From assembly GCA_017501695.1 (NCBI GenBank), contig JAFVWL010000043.1, forward strand, positions 3,592 through 67,591: DNA of 64,000 bases. The letters are read 5' to 3'. The notes below the pieces were generated by a model. That model made no database searches, had not been told where the DNA came from, and saw nothing but the letters and a program-made list of their open reading frames with translations. Of this stretch, positions 18,412-27,373 are shown in pieces; the stretch's first letter is position 1; the number at the start of each line of letters is the position of its first letter. The stretch is from Oscillospiraceae bacterium. GTDB taxonomy: Bacteria > Bacillota > Clostridia > Oscillospirales > Oscillospiraceae. The position numbers and the translations under genes were made by a program.

Positions 18412-19560
18412 ATGAACATTACCAAAGATATCCGCTACATCGGCGTCAACGACCACCAGATAGACCTGTTTGAGGGTCAGTACATTGTCCCCAACGGCAT
18501 GGCCTACAATTCCTATGTGATCCTGGACGAGAAGGTTGCCGTCATGGACACCGTGGACAAGAATTTCGTGGACCAGTGGTTGAGTAATCTGGATGCCGCC
18601 CTGGAAGGCCGGAAGCCCGACTACCTGATCGTCCAGCACATGGAGCCGGACCATTCCGCCGGCATCGACATTTTCCTGAACCGTTACCCCGAAGCCACTG
18701 TGGTGGCTTCCGCCAAGGCCTTTGCCATGATGAAAAATTTCTTCGGCACAGACTATGCTGACCGCCGGATCGTAGTTGGCGAGGGCAGCACCCTGGAACT
18801 GGGCGAACATACGCTGACCTTCGTCACCGCCCCCATGGTCCACTGGCCCGAGGTCATCGTGACCTATGATTCCCACGACAAGGTCCTGTTCTCCGCCGAC
18901 GGCTTCGGCAAGTTCGGTGCCCTGGATGTGGAGGAAGAATGGGCCTGCGAAGCCCGCCGGTACTACATCGGCATCGTGGGCAAGTACGGCGCTCAGGTAC
19001 AGGCTCTGCTGAAGAAAGCCGCCGGTCTGGATATTCAGATCATCGCGCCCCTCCACGGACCTGTGCTCACCGAGAATCTGGGCTACTACCTGAACCTGTA
19101 TGACATCTGGTCCTCCTACCGGGTGGAGAGCGAGGGCGTGGTCATCGCCTACACCTCTGTCTACGGCAACACCAAGGCCGCCGCGGAGCTGCTGGCGGAG
19201 AAGCTGGAAGCCAAGGGCGTGAAGGTCAGTGTCCATGACCTGGCCCGTACCGATATGGCCGAGGCTGTGGAGGATGCCTTCCGCTATAGCAAGCTGGTCC
19301 TGGCTACCACCACCTACAACGGCGATATCTTCCCCTACATGAAGGAGTTTATCCACCACCTGACAGAGCACAGCTACCAGAACCGGACCGTTGGCCTGAT
19401 TGAAAACGGCTCCTGGGCACCCATGGCCGCCAAGATCATGGGCAAAATGCTGGAAGGCAGCAAGAACCTGACCTTCACTAATACCACCGTAAAGATTCTG
19501 TCCGCCCTCAACGATGACAGCCGTGCCCAGATCGAGGCTCTGGCCAGCGAGCTTGCATAA
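18412..19560 (+). CDS. fprA: FprA-family flavodiiron protein (MBL + flavodoxin)
   Basis: YNSY, HMEPDHS, PMVHWPE, SADGFG, APLHG, YTSVYGNT. Confidence 0.93.
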   Translation: MNITKDIRYIGVNDHQIDLFEGQYIVPNGMAYNSYVILDEKVAVMDTVDKNFVDQWLSNLDAALEGRKPDYLIVQHMEPDHSAGIDIFLNRYPEATVVASAKAFAMMKNFFGTDYADRRIVVGEGSTLELGEHTLTFVTAPMVHWPEVIVTYDSHDKVLFSADGFGKFGALDVEEEWACEARRYYIGIVGKYGAQVQALLKKAAGLDIQIIAPLHGPVLTENLGYYLNLYDIWSSYRVESEGVVIAYTSVYGNTKAAAELLAEKLEAKGVKVSVHDLARTDMAEAVEDAFRYSKLVLATTTYNGDIFPYMKEFIHHLTEHSYQNRTVGLIENGSWAPMAAKIMGKMLEGSKNLTFTNTTVKILSALNDDSRAQIEALASELA

Positions 19561-19575
19561 GCAGGAGGTAATCTT

Positions 19576-20439
19576 ATGGCAGCAACCGTCTATTTTTCCC
19601 GCACCATCACCCCTGAGAAGGTTCTGGAGCTCTACAAGCTGGTGGGCAAGGACTTGCCCGGCAGGGTTGCCATCAAGCTCCACTCCGGTGAAAAGGGCAA
19701 TCAGAATTTCCTGAAGCCCGAATTCTGGAAGCCCATCATTGACCATGTGGGCGGCACCGTGGTGGAGTGCAACACCGCATACAAGGGTGAGCGGGATACC
19801 ACCGAGCGGCACCGCCGTCTTCTGGCGGACCACGGCTGGACCAGGCATTTCCCCGTGGACCTGCTGGACGCGGAAGGCCCCGACCTGGAGCTGCCCATCC
19901 CCGGCGGCAAGGTGATTCAGAAGAATTTCGTAGGCAAGGACATTGCAAACTACGATTCCATGCTGGTTCTGTCCCATTTCAAGGGCCATCCCATGGGCGG
20001 CTTCGGCGGTGCTCTGAAGCAGCTTTCCATCGGCGTGGCCTCCTCCTTCGGCAAGGCCTACATCCACGGTGCCGGTGAGCCGAAGAAGATCTGGACCGCG
20101 GACCACGATTCCTTCCTGGAATCCATGGCTGATGCCGCAGGCTCCGTGGTGGAGTTTTTCCACGGGAACCTGGTCTATGTCAACGTGATGAAGAATATGA
20201 GCGTGGACTGCGACTGCTGCGCCGTGGCCGAGGACCCCTGCATTGCCGACATTGGAATTCTGGCTTCCACCGACCCCATTGCCATCGATCAGGCCTGCAT
20301 TGATCTGGTCTACGCCTGCACCGACCCCGGCAAGCCCCACCTGCTGAAGCGCATCGAAAGCCGCAACGGTGTGCACACCATTGAAGCCGCCGCTGCCCAG
20401 GGCTACGGCAGCCGGGAATACACCCTGGTGGAGGTCTGA
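19576..20439 (+). CDS. DUF362 domain (Fe-S) protein
   Basis: AIKLHSGE, ECNTAY, SHFKGHPMGGFGGALK, CDCC, DPIAIDQAC. Confidence 0.88.
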   Translation: MAATVYFSRTITPEKVLELYKLVGKDLPGRVAIKLHSGEKGNQNFLKPEFWKPIIDHVGGTVVECNTAYKGERDTTERHRRLLADHGWTRHFPVDLLDAEGPDLELPIPGGKVIQKNFVGKDIANYDSMLVLSHFKGHPMGGFGGALKQLSIGVASSFGKAYIHGAGEPKKIWTADHDSFLESMADAAGSVVEFFHGNLVYVNVMKNMSVDCDCCAVAEDPCIADIGILASTDPIAIDQACIDLVYACTDPGKPHLLKRIESRNGVHTIEAAAAQGYGSREYTLVEV

Positions 20440-20864
20440 TGACAGATCTGGAACGGGCAAAAGCCCTTTTGATCCGGGAAAATCATACCTGCGTCATGTG
20501 TCACAGAGATACGGTGCTGACCACGGAGCTCCGGGGTGTCCGGCCCCTGGTCCGGTGGCTGGAAACCGGCACCGACGCCCGGGATTATTCCGCCGCTGAC
20601 CGGGTGGTTGGCAAGGCCACGGCGTACCTCTATGTGCTGCTGGGAGTCCGTGCCGTCTATGCCCGGGTCATGAGCCAAAGCGCCCTTGCTGTACTGGAAC
20701 GCCACGGCATTACGGCGGAATATGACAGCCTGGCGGATCACATCATCAACCGAGCCGGCGACGGTGTCTGTCCCTTTGAAGCGGCGGTGCTGGATATTCA
20801 TGACCCCAATGAAGCCCGCAGAGCCATCCTGTCCAAAATGGAGCGAATGGGCATTCCCTTTTGA
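20439..20864 (+). CDS. DUF1893 (TM1506-like) protein
   Basis: RGVRPL, ADRVVGKA, INRAGDGVCPFE. Confidence 0.85.
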   Translation: MTDLERAKALLIRENHTCVMCHRDTVLTTELRGVRPLVRWLETGTDARDYSAADRVVGKATAYLYVLLGVRAVYARVMSQSALAVLERHGITAEYDSLADHIINRAGDGVCPFEAAVLDIHDPNEARRAILSKMERMGIPF

Positions 20865-20948
20865 TGGGCAGTTTTTATGAACCCGTTCACCAAACTTACA
20901 TACCAAGTAAAAACGCCCGGTCCGCGCAAAGCGGATCGGGTGCGTTTC

Positions 20949-21425
20949 TTATCCCGCGAAGAGAATGCCCAGCAGCAGGCAGGTCTGCCCCACGGCATTG
21001 ATGATCTGGGCAGTCCAGTTGGACTTGGCATCCTCGTTGGAGAACCGGTTTTTCCGGTACCAGCCCATGAAGCCCATCAGGCCGATCCAGGCCACAAAGA
21101 ACAGCACACTGGGGATTCCGGTGACCGCAGCCAGAACCCCGGCCCAATCGATGGTGCCAAAACCCAGAACAAAGGAAACAGCCATCAACAAAAAGCCCGT
21201 GGCCTGCATGGGAACAAAGGGCTTATTCAGCCACCGCAGATCCTTTTTGGCAACACCCAGGATCAGCTTCCAGGCCACCTTGCAGCAGCCTGCCAGAACG
21301 GACAGACCGGCACCAAGCAGGAACAAGGGCGAATCAAACCGGCTGGCAATAATGATCATGCTGATTCCAAAGGACAGCACGGGGATGGCATCCACCAGTG
21401 CCAGTGCCACAGTAAAACCTTCCAT
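20949..21425 (-). CDS. Hypothetical multi-pass membrane protein (paralog of 25893-26519)
   Basis: Hydrophobic; shares FT..AL.D..PV, LAG.CK..WKL and NW..Q.IN.V.Q.CL.LG with the paralog; GGAGG RBS. Confidence 0.85.
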   Translation of the reverse strand: MEGFTVALALVDAIPVLSFGISMIIIASRFDSPLFLLGAGLSVLAGCCKVAWKLILGVAKKDLRWLNKPFVPMQATGFLLMAVSFVLGFGTIDWAGVLAAVTGIPSVLFFVAWIGLMGFMGWYRKNRFSNEDAKSNWTAQIINAVGQTCLLLGILFAG

Positions 21426-21546
21426 GATAAAACCTCCATATCAATGTACCTGTATTATAGCATTTTCCGCAGCCCAATTCCATGGACAAAAAGCATAAGA
21501 AAAATACCCCCCAGCGGTGCATTTTACCAAACTTTTCAGATAAGAA

Positions 21547-21592
21547 TTGACACTATATCAGAAAAGTGCTATCCTTGTAGTGAACGCGTTCA
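21547..21592 (+). promoter_or_regulatory. Promoter plus putative TetR operator of the methyltransferase operon
   Basis: TTGACA-17bp-TGnTATCCT (21547-21575) followed by palindrome TGAAC-GC-GTTCA (21581-21592). Confidence 0.75.
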
Positions 21593-21611
21593 GAAAAAAG
21601 GAGCGATGCAA

Positions 21612-22784
21612 ATGAAACCCAAGCAGCTGCAGCAGTCACGGGTACAGTTGTTCCGTGACGCCGCCAACTTCAAGAAAACGGACCGGATCCCCCACTTTGC
21701 CAATGTGGTCACCTGGAAGGTATTTGACGCGGGTTATACCCTGGACCAGGCCATGACCAACTTTGATGTTCTGGAAGAAACCGTGGTGAAGTTCCTGGAC
21801 ACCTACCCCGTGGACGGATTGATGGATGTGGGCATCCGCAACCAGTTCACCGTCACTGAAGCCTTCGACCCCGAGGGCTATTACTACTACACCCCGGATG
21901 TGGTGGGCATCCACGACCACGCCCATTGCACTGTGGATACCCTCCAGCAGTATCTGGACGATCCCATCCGCTATGCCTGGGAAGTGATCCTGCCCAAGAA
22001 GTTCGGCGACCGCTGGGACGAAAAGGGCCTGGATGTATGGAAGAAGACCTTTGCTGAGTATATGCGCTATACCTCCTACATCCTGCATATGTCCGGCATC
22101 ACCGGCAAGAAGTACGGTCTGCCCTCCCTGTCCCCCAACAACCCCATGAGCGGTGCCATCGTGCTGGGCATTGAGGAGCTGTTCTCCAACCTGCTGGGCA
22201 TTCAGCAGCTTTCCGTTGCCATGCGCCGCAGTCCCGACAAGATTGAGGAATTCATCAACCGCTGGGACGCCGAGCGGATTACCCCCGCCATTGAAAAGAT
22301 CAAAAACGGCAAGGGCCCCAATTACAAATACTGCTTCGATTCCTCCATCCTGATGCTGGCCCACAATGTAATGAACAAGAAGCAGTTCGAGCGGTTCTAC
22401 TGGCCCCACATGAAGGAGCTGCTGGATGCCTATGCCGAAAAGGGCATGAACATCCGCATCTTCACTGAGGGAAGCGTGCTGCGGTTTGCCGAATATTTTA
22501 AGGACTATCCCAAGGGCACCCTGACCTTCCACATCGAGCAGGATGATCCCTTCGCTTTCCGGGAGGCTCTGCCCAATGTATGCATCATGGGCGGCCTGAC
22601 CACCGACCTGCTGGCAAACGGCACCCCCGAGGAATGCGTAGCCTACACCAAGCGGCTCTGTGACGAGCTGGGCAAGGATGGCGGCTTCATCCTCTCCGAG
22701 GGCAAGATGCTCTCCTACCGCAACGATGCCAAGCGGGAAAATTACAAGGCTGTTTGCGACTTCGTAAGCAGCTACAGACTGTGA
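21612..22784 (+). CDS. Uroporphyrinogen decarboxylase-fold (URO-D/MtaA-like) protein; probable substrate:corrinoid methyltransferase
   Basis: QFERFYWP..KELL, IFTEG, CIMGG...LLANGTPEEC..YTK.L.DELGKDGGFILS; AAGGAG RBS; adjacent corrinoid genes. Confidence 0.88.
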   Translation: MKPKQLQQSRVQLFRDAANFKKTDRIPHFANVVTWKVFDAGYTLDQAMTNFDVLEETVVKFLDTYPVDGLMDVGIRNQFTVTEAFDPEGYYYYTPDVVGIHDHAHCTVDTLQQYLDDPIRYAWEVILPKKFGDRWDEKGLDVWKKTFAEYMRYTSYILHMSGITGKKYGLPSLSPNNPMSGAIVLGIEELFSNLLGIQQLSVAMRRSPDKIEEFINRWDAERITPAIEKIKNGKGPNYKYCFDSSILMLAHNVMNKKQFERFYWPHMKELLDAYAEKGMNIRIFTEGSVLRFAEYFKDYPKGTLTFHIEQDDPFAFREALPNVCIMGGLTTDLLANGTPEECVAYTKRLCDELGKDGGFILSEGKMLSYRNDAKRENYKAVCDFVSSYRL

Positions 22785-22792
22785 GGTGCCCT

Positions 22793-22924
22793 ATGAGCAA
22801 GAACGAATTCAAGAGCTATCCCGAGGGCTACCGGAAGCTGATGAAAAAGCTGGTGCCCTGGTACTTCGGGCCCATGCGGGAAAAGATGATGCGGCTGCTG
22901 CTGACCATCCTCACCGACGGCTAA
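22793..22924 (+). CDS. Small hypothetical protein (43 aa)
   Basis: GAGGTG RBS, ATG 22793: MSKNEFKSYPEGYRKLMKKLVPWYFGPMREKMMRLLLTILTDG*; fills the gap inside the operon with GC3-rich codons. Confidence 0.7.
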   Translation: MSKNEFKSYPEGYRKLMKKLVPWYFGPMREKMMRLLLTILTDG

Positions 22925-22937
22925 CGAGGTAGCAACC

Positions 22938-23747
22938 ATGATTATTATCGGTGAAAAAATCAACGGTGCCATTCCCTCCATCAAGCAGGCCATCGCCGAG
23001 CGGAACGAGGCACTGATCATCGAGCGGACCCTGGCCCAGGCCAAGGCCGGTGCCCATTTCCTGGACTGTGCCCCCTCCACCGCCACGGAGATCGAATACG
23101 AGACCATGGTGTGGCTTATCGGACTCATGCAGGGCTGTACGGATGTACCCCTGTGCATCGACTCCCCCAACGCGGCCCTTCTGGCCCGGATCCTGGAGGA
23201 CGGCCATGTGAAGAAGCCCGGCATGGTCAACTCCGTCAACGAGGAAGGCACCAAGTGCGAGACCATCTTCCCCCTGATTGCCGGTACTCCCTGGGAAGTG
23301 GTGGGCCTGACCTGCGACCAGGATGGCATTCCCGCCGACCCAAAGAAAAAGGTGGAGATCGCAAAACGGATCATTGACAAGGCAGATAAATTCGGCGTGG
23401 CCCTGAATCAGCTCCACATCGACCCCTGCGTCATGGCCCTGGCCACCATGCCCAGTGCCATGGAGGACTTCGCCTACTGCATTGAGAACATCCATGCCTA
23501 TGCCCCCGCGGTGAAGGTTACCGGTGCCATTTCCAACATCAGCTTCGACATGCCCGCAAGAAAGTATGTCAATATGAACTGCATGGCCTATGCCATGGCA
23601 GCGGGTCTGGACAGTGCCATTATGGACCCCTGCAGCCAGGATATGATGGGCACCGTCTACGCCTGCGAAGCCCTGCGGATGAAGGATAAAGGCGGTCGCA
23701 AGTATAACAGAGCCTACCGCAAAGGCCTGTTCGGACAGAAAAAATAA
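22938..23747 (+). CDS. Methyltetrahydrofolate:corrinoid methyltransferase (pterin-binding, AcsE/MetH-like)
   Basis: MIIIGEKING, PLCIDSP, MVNSV, HIDP, GAISNISFDMPARK, AGLDSAIMDP. Confidence 0.93.
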   Translation: MIIIGEKINGAIPSIKQAIAERNEALIIERTLAQAKAGAHFLDCAPSTATEIEYETMVWLIGLMQGCTDVPLCIDSPNAALLARILEDGHVKKPGMVNSVNEEGTKCETIFPLIAGTPWEVVGLTCDQDGIPADPKKKVEIAKRIIDKADKFGVALNQLHIDPCVMALATMPSAMEDFAYCIENIHAYAPAVKVTGAISNISFDMPARKYVNMNCMAYAMAAGLDSAIMDPCSQDMMGTVYACEALRMKDKGGRKYNRAYRKGLFGQKK

Positions 23748-23755
23748 GAAAATGA

Positions 23756-23859
23756 TGTCATTGCGAGCCAGTGTGCGCACACCGGCGTGGCAATCCCGTA
23801 AGGTTACACAACGATCCACGGAATCGCCGCACCAGTCTGAGGACCGGTTCGCGATGACG
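23756..23859. repeat. REP-like palindromic intergenic repeat, copy 3 (short 104-bp form)
   Basis: tgtcattgcgagccagtg...gaccggttcgcgatgacg; reverse complement aligns with 2805-2965. Confidence 0.8.
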
Positions 23860-23885
23860 CGCTTATTGAAAAGGAGATATATATT

Positions 23886-24509
23886 ATGATCGATTTTGAA
23901 GCGCTGGCCGCCGCCATGGGCGACCTGGATGAAGATACCGTCAAGGAAATTCTGGAGTCCGTGGACTCTGTGGAAGCTGCCGGCAAGGCCATGGAAGCCT
24001 GTCAGAAGGGCATGGACACTGTGGGCAAGCTGTTTGAGGAAGGCGACTATTTTGTCGGTGACCTGATTTACGCCGGTGAGCTGATGACCGATGCCGTGGA
24101 GGTGCTGAAGCCCTACCTGGCCGGTGCCGAATCCGGCGGCCCCAAGACCAAGATGATCCTCTGCACTGTCAAGGACGACCTGCACGACATCGGCAAGAAC
24201 ATTGTCCGTTCCATGCTGGAAGCCAACGGCTTTGAGGTTCTGGACCTGGGCATCGACTGCCCCGCCGAAAAGGTGGTGGAGACTGCCAAGGCAGAGGGCA
24301 TCAAGATCGTGGCCCTCAGCGGCGTTCTGACCCTGGCCCTGGATTCCATGAAGGCCACTGTGGATGCCATCAAGGCCGCGGGCCTGGAGTGCAAGGTCAT
24401 CATCGGCGGCGCTCCCGTATCCGCCGAAGCCTGCAAGAACATCGGTGCCGACGAATGGGCCCACAGCCCCCAGAAGACCGTCGCCACCTGCAAAGCCTGG
24501 GCTGAATAA
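23886..24509 (+). CDS. Corrinoid (B12-binding) protein
   Basis: GM..VGKLFE.GDYF cap domain; DLHDIGKNIV (DxHxxG), LSGVL, IIGGAP. Confidence 0.96.
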   Translation: MIDFEALAAAMGDLDEDTVKEILESVDSVEAAGKAMEACQKGMDTVGKLFEEGDYFVGDLIYAGELMTDAVEVLKPYLAGAESGGPKTKMILCTVKDDLHDIGKNIVRSMLEANGFEVLDLGIDCPAEKVVETAKAEGIKIVALSGVLTLALDSMKATVDAIKAAGLECKVIIGGAPVSAEACKNIGADEWAHSPQKTVATCKAWAE

Positions 24510-24532
24510 TTAAAATCAGGGAGGGACTAACC

Positions 24533-25201
24533 ATGCTGGATCTTCTGTATGCTTCCTGCAGCCCCATGCTCTGGGTAATCACCGTCCTGGAACTGGTTTT
24601 CACGGCCCTGCTGTTCTCCCGCTATTTCAAAACCAAGAATCTCATTTATCTGCTGTCCGGTCTGATCTGCGTGGGTCTGACCTATGATGCCCTGATCCTG
24701 GCCCTGGGCAGTTTCATGGTCGAGGGCCCCCTGCTGATGGGCCTGAGCCGGATGCGTTACATCCTCCACGGCGGTTTGATTCCCCTGATCTTCCTGATCT
24801 GTGCCTATGCCCTGGACTTCAAGGGTCTCTGGATGAAGGCCGCCTGGGTTTTCACCGGGGTGCTGATGGTCCTGGGCATCGCCGACGGCATCGTGCGGAC
24901 CATCGGCGTGGAAACCGTGGCAGGCATCTGCCGCTACGCCTCCGTTTCCGCCCCGGTCTGGGCAGACATCGTCAACGGTGCCCTGACCTTCGGCACCGTG
25001 ATCCCCATGATGGTGGCAGGCATTTTCGTCTGGATCCGGCAGAAAACCCCGTTCCTGTTTCTGTCCGCCTTCCTGATGTTCCTGTTCTCCGGCTTGGGTG
25101 CGGCCTGTCTGGAGCTGATGTTCTACATCAGCATGTACGGCGAGCTGCTGATGGCTCTGTTCCTGTACCTGTACGCATTGAAGAAGGACAAAATGGCATA
25201 A
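24533..25201 (+). CDS. Hypothetical multi-pass membrane protein
   Basis: About 7 hydrophobic segments; GGAGG RBS; YDALIL and RYILHG polar intramembrane residues. Confidence 0.85.
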   Translation: MLDLLYASCSPMLWVITVLELVFTALLFSRYFKTKNLIYLLSGLICVGLTYDALILALGSFMVEGPLLMGLSRMRYILHGGLIPLIFLICAYALDFKGLWMKAAWVFTGVLMVLGIADGIVRTIGVETVAGICRYASVSAPVWADIVNGALTFGTVIPMMVAGIFVWIRQKTPFLFLSAFLMFLFSGLGAACLELMFYISMYGELLMALFLYLYALKKDKMA

Positions 25202-25204
25202 TGC

Positions 25205-25230
25205 AAGCCCGGCTCGAAGGAGCCGGGCTT
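25205..25230. terminator. Bidirectional terminator between the convergent operons
   Basis: aagcccggctc-gaag-gagccgggctt. Confidence 0.75.
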
Positions 25231-25242
25231 CTTCTTTCAGGT

Positions 25243-25896
25243 TCAGGGTCTGGTGGCGAAGAGGATCCGGCGGAACAGGTCCGCGGTCTTTTCCTCGCCA
25301 ATGGATTTTTTGAACACATCGGTGGAGGGACCGCCGTGCTCCAGCAGGCCTTCCACATAGACACTGCCCTTCTCCCGCTTGACCTCCGGGTCGGGGCAGG
25401 CCGGGGCTGTAGCTGCCGCGTCCAGGAAGGCATCCAGGTAATCCCGGACGCAGGCGTCAAAGCCGGCCCGATGGACCTTTTTACCCTTCTTGGAAAGGCT
25501 CACCGCCAGCTTGATGGAATCGTACCAGTGCTGGCCCAAATCGTGATCCGGCAGGCCCTTGTACTTCTCCTTCACCTGCTCCAGAGCCGTCAGGTCCGGC
25601 TGGCCCAGCAGAGTGTCGTAGAGTTCAAAGATCAGGGTGTCGTTGCCCATGGCGTGGACCCGGTCGTAGGAGAACAGGGGCAGATCCACCTGGGTGGGGG
25701 TGATAATCAGGGTGTCCATTTTCATGAGCCCGAAGAAGCCCTCGGCGGTCATAACGGACACATTGCCCAGGCCCTCGGCCTCAAAGGCCCAGATCTGGAA
25801 GTTCATGCCGTTGGCCTTCAGCTTTCTGTAAGGGCCGGGGTCGATGCCGTTCAGATGGTGGCGGGCGGTGATGGCGCGAAGCATTTCCTGAATCAT
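25243..25896 (-). CDS. Hypothetical protein resembling the ferredoxin-dependent bilin reductase / RCC reductase fold
   Basis: IITPTQVDLPLFSYD and C-terminal GGPSTDVFKKSIGEEKTADLFRRILF recall PcyA/PebA P...DLP.F..D and D....V....FG.E.......LF; ATGA overlap with upstream gene. Confidence 0.6.
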   Translation of the reverse strand: MIQEMLRAITARHHLNGIDPGPYRKLKANGMNFQIWAFEAEGLGNVSVMTAEGFFGLMKMDTLIITPTQVDLPLFSYDRVHAMGNDTLIFELYDTLLGQPDLTALEQVKEKYKGLPDHDLGQHWYDSIKLAVSLSKKGKKVHRAGFDACVRDYLDAFLDAAATAPACPDPEVKREKGSVYVEGLLEHGGPSTDVFKKSIGEEKTADLFRRILFATRP

Positions 25897-26519
25897 ACAG
25901 TGGCTCCTTCCCAAGTCCAGTCCTGCAGACCGGCCTTATGCAGGGCGATGACGCCCAGCATCAGACACAGCTGGGACACGGTATTGATGCTCTGCTCTGC
26001 CCAGTTGACCCACGCCTGGGTGGAATCCTGGCTGGACATATAGCCCATGGCCATGGCACAAACAAAGGACAGGCCAAACAGCACCGTCACCTTGCCCCGT
26101 TTCATCTTTGCCGCCAGAACACTGAGTCCCGCACACAGTCCGCCCAGGCCAACCACCATCATCAGAATGAAGGGCAGGCTGCTGGCAAATACGGGAGGTG
26201 CGGCCATCAGAACGCTCTTTCGCTTCCAACACAGCATACCTACAATGCTCAGGCCCACAAACAGCAGGCCCAGAGAATTGACCGGCATAAACATTTCTTC
26301 CAGAGCCACGAAATCGCAGATGTTCGCGGCATACAGCAGCTTCCAGGTGGCCTTGCAGAAGCCCGCCAGGAACACATTGACGCTGCCCGCGGCCAACAGG
26401 GCATAGGCACCCTTGAACATCTTATTGTACAGGTCCCGCAGCAGGAGCACCGCGGAAACCCCAAAGAAGGCCACCGGCAGATAATCCATCAGGGCCATAG
26501 GAATCGTAAAGTTGTACAT
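25893..26519 (-). CDS. Hypothetical multi-pass membrane protein (paralog of 20949-21425)
   Basis: MYNFTIPMALMDYLPV, LAGFCKATWKL, NWAEQSINTVSQLCLMLG. Confidence 0.85.
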   Translation of the reverse strand: MYNFTIPMALMDYLPVAFFGVSAVLLLRDLYNKMFKGAYALLAAGSVNVFLAGFCKATWKLLYAANICDFVALEEMFMPVNSLGLLFVGLSIVGMLCWKRKSVLMAAPPVFASSLPFILMMVVGLGGLCAGLSVLAAKMKRGKVTVLFGLSFVCAMAMGYMSSQDSTQAWVNWAEQSINTVSQLCLMLGVIALHKAGLQDWTWEGATV

Positions 26520-26572
26520 AGAGAACCTCTCTTTCCAAAAAAAGGGCCATCTCGCGATGACCCTTTTTTCTG

Positions 26573-27370
26573 TTAGTCCTGCTTGTTCAGGTGGTAAACG
26601 GGCAGCAGGGGGATGATAATGGGGGTCTTGTCGGCATAAGCCTTATACTCGGGATTATTGCCGTAGCGGGCCATCTGCCGCTTCTCCAGCCGCTGGGCAC
26701 CGTTGAACATGATGAACACGATGAGGATGTAGGCGATGATCACGGTAACCCACTGACCGATACCCACCAGACAGTCCAGGCAGGAAACGGTCACACCGGT
26801 CCAGAACAGGATCTCACCGAAGTAGTTGGGGCAGCGGACGATCTTATAGAGCTGCTCGGTGGCAACCATATCGGGCCGCTTGGCCTTCTGCTTGGACTTC
26901 TGCTCGTCGGCAATGGCCTCCAGCAGGATGCCGCCGGCGGAGATGACGATGCCCACCCACTGCAGCACGGAGGAACCGCTCTCATTGAACAGCCGGAAAG
27001 CCACACCGGAGGTCTGGGCCACATACAGCACACCCATGGCGATCCACATAAAGAACTTCACGAACACGGGAACCTCGTCGCCGGTGGCTTCCGCCAGGGT
27101 CTTGCGGTAGGAGGCGTTCTTGATTTCCCGGATCAGCAGGAAGCCGGACAGCCGGAAGCCGTAGGTTACGAACAGGGCGAACTGGATGTAGTGGGCGATG
27201 CCCAGGTTGGGGTAGATACCCATAAGGCCCATAACGGCCATGGCGGCACCGATGATGGCCACGGAGAAGCCGTAGCCGATGGACATGAAGTACACATACT
27301 TCTTAAAGCCGCACAGGCAGACCAGCAGGCTCAGAGCAAAGAAGATTCCCAGATGGGTCCAATTCCACAT
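26573..27370 (-). CDS. DUF1295 / steroid 5-alpha-reductase-like membrane protein
   Basis: YGFRL..FL..RE, LEAIADEQK, LYKIVRCPNYFGEILFW, Y..Y...TP..IP. Confidence 0.9.
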   Translation of the reverse strand: MWNWTHLGIFFALSLLVCLCGFKKYVYFMSIGYGFSVAIIGAAMAVMGLMGIYPNLGIAHYIQFALFVTYGFRLSGFLLIREIKNASYRKTLAEATGDEVPVFVKFFMWIAMGVLYVAQTSGVAFRLFNESGSSVLQWVGIVISAGGILLEAIADEQKSKQKAKRPDMVATEQLYKIVRCPNYFGEILFWTGVTVSCLDCLVGIGQWVTVIIAYILIVFIMFNGAQRLEKRQMARYGNNPEYKAYADKTPIIIPLLPVYHLNKQD

Positions 27371-27373
27371 AGC

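Noticed and set aside
20877-21611. Long N-terminal extension of the URO-D-fold ORF (635 aa in the track)
   Set aside because: It overlaps the antisense membrane gene and the promoter/operator region; the RBS supports ATG 21612.
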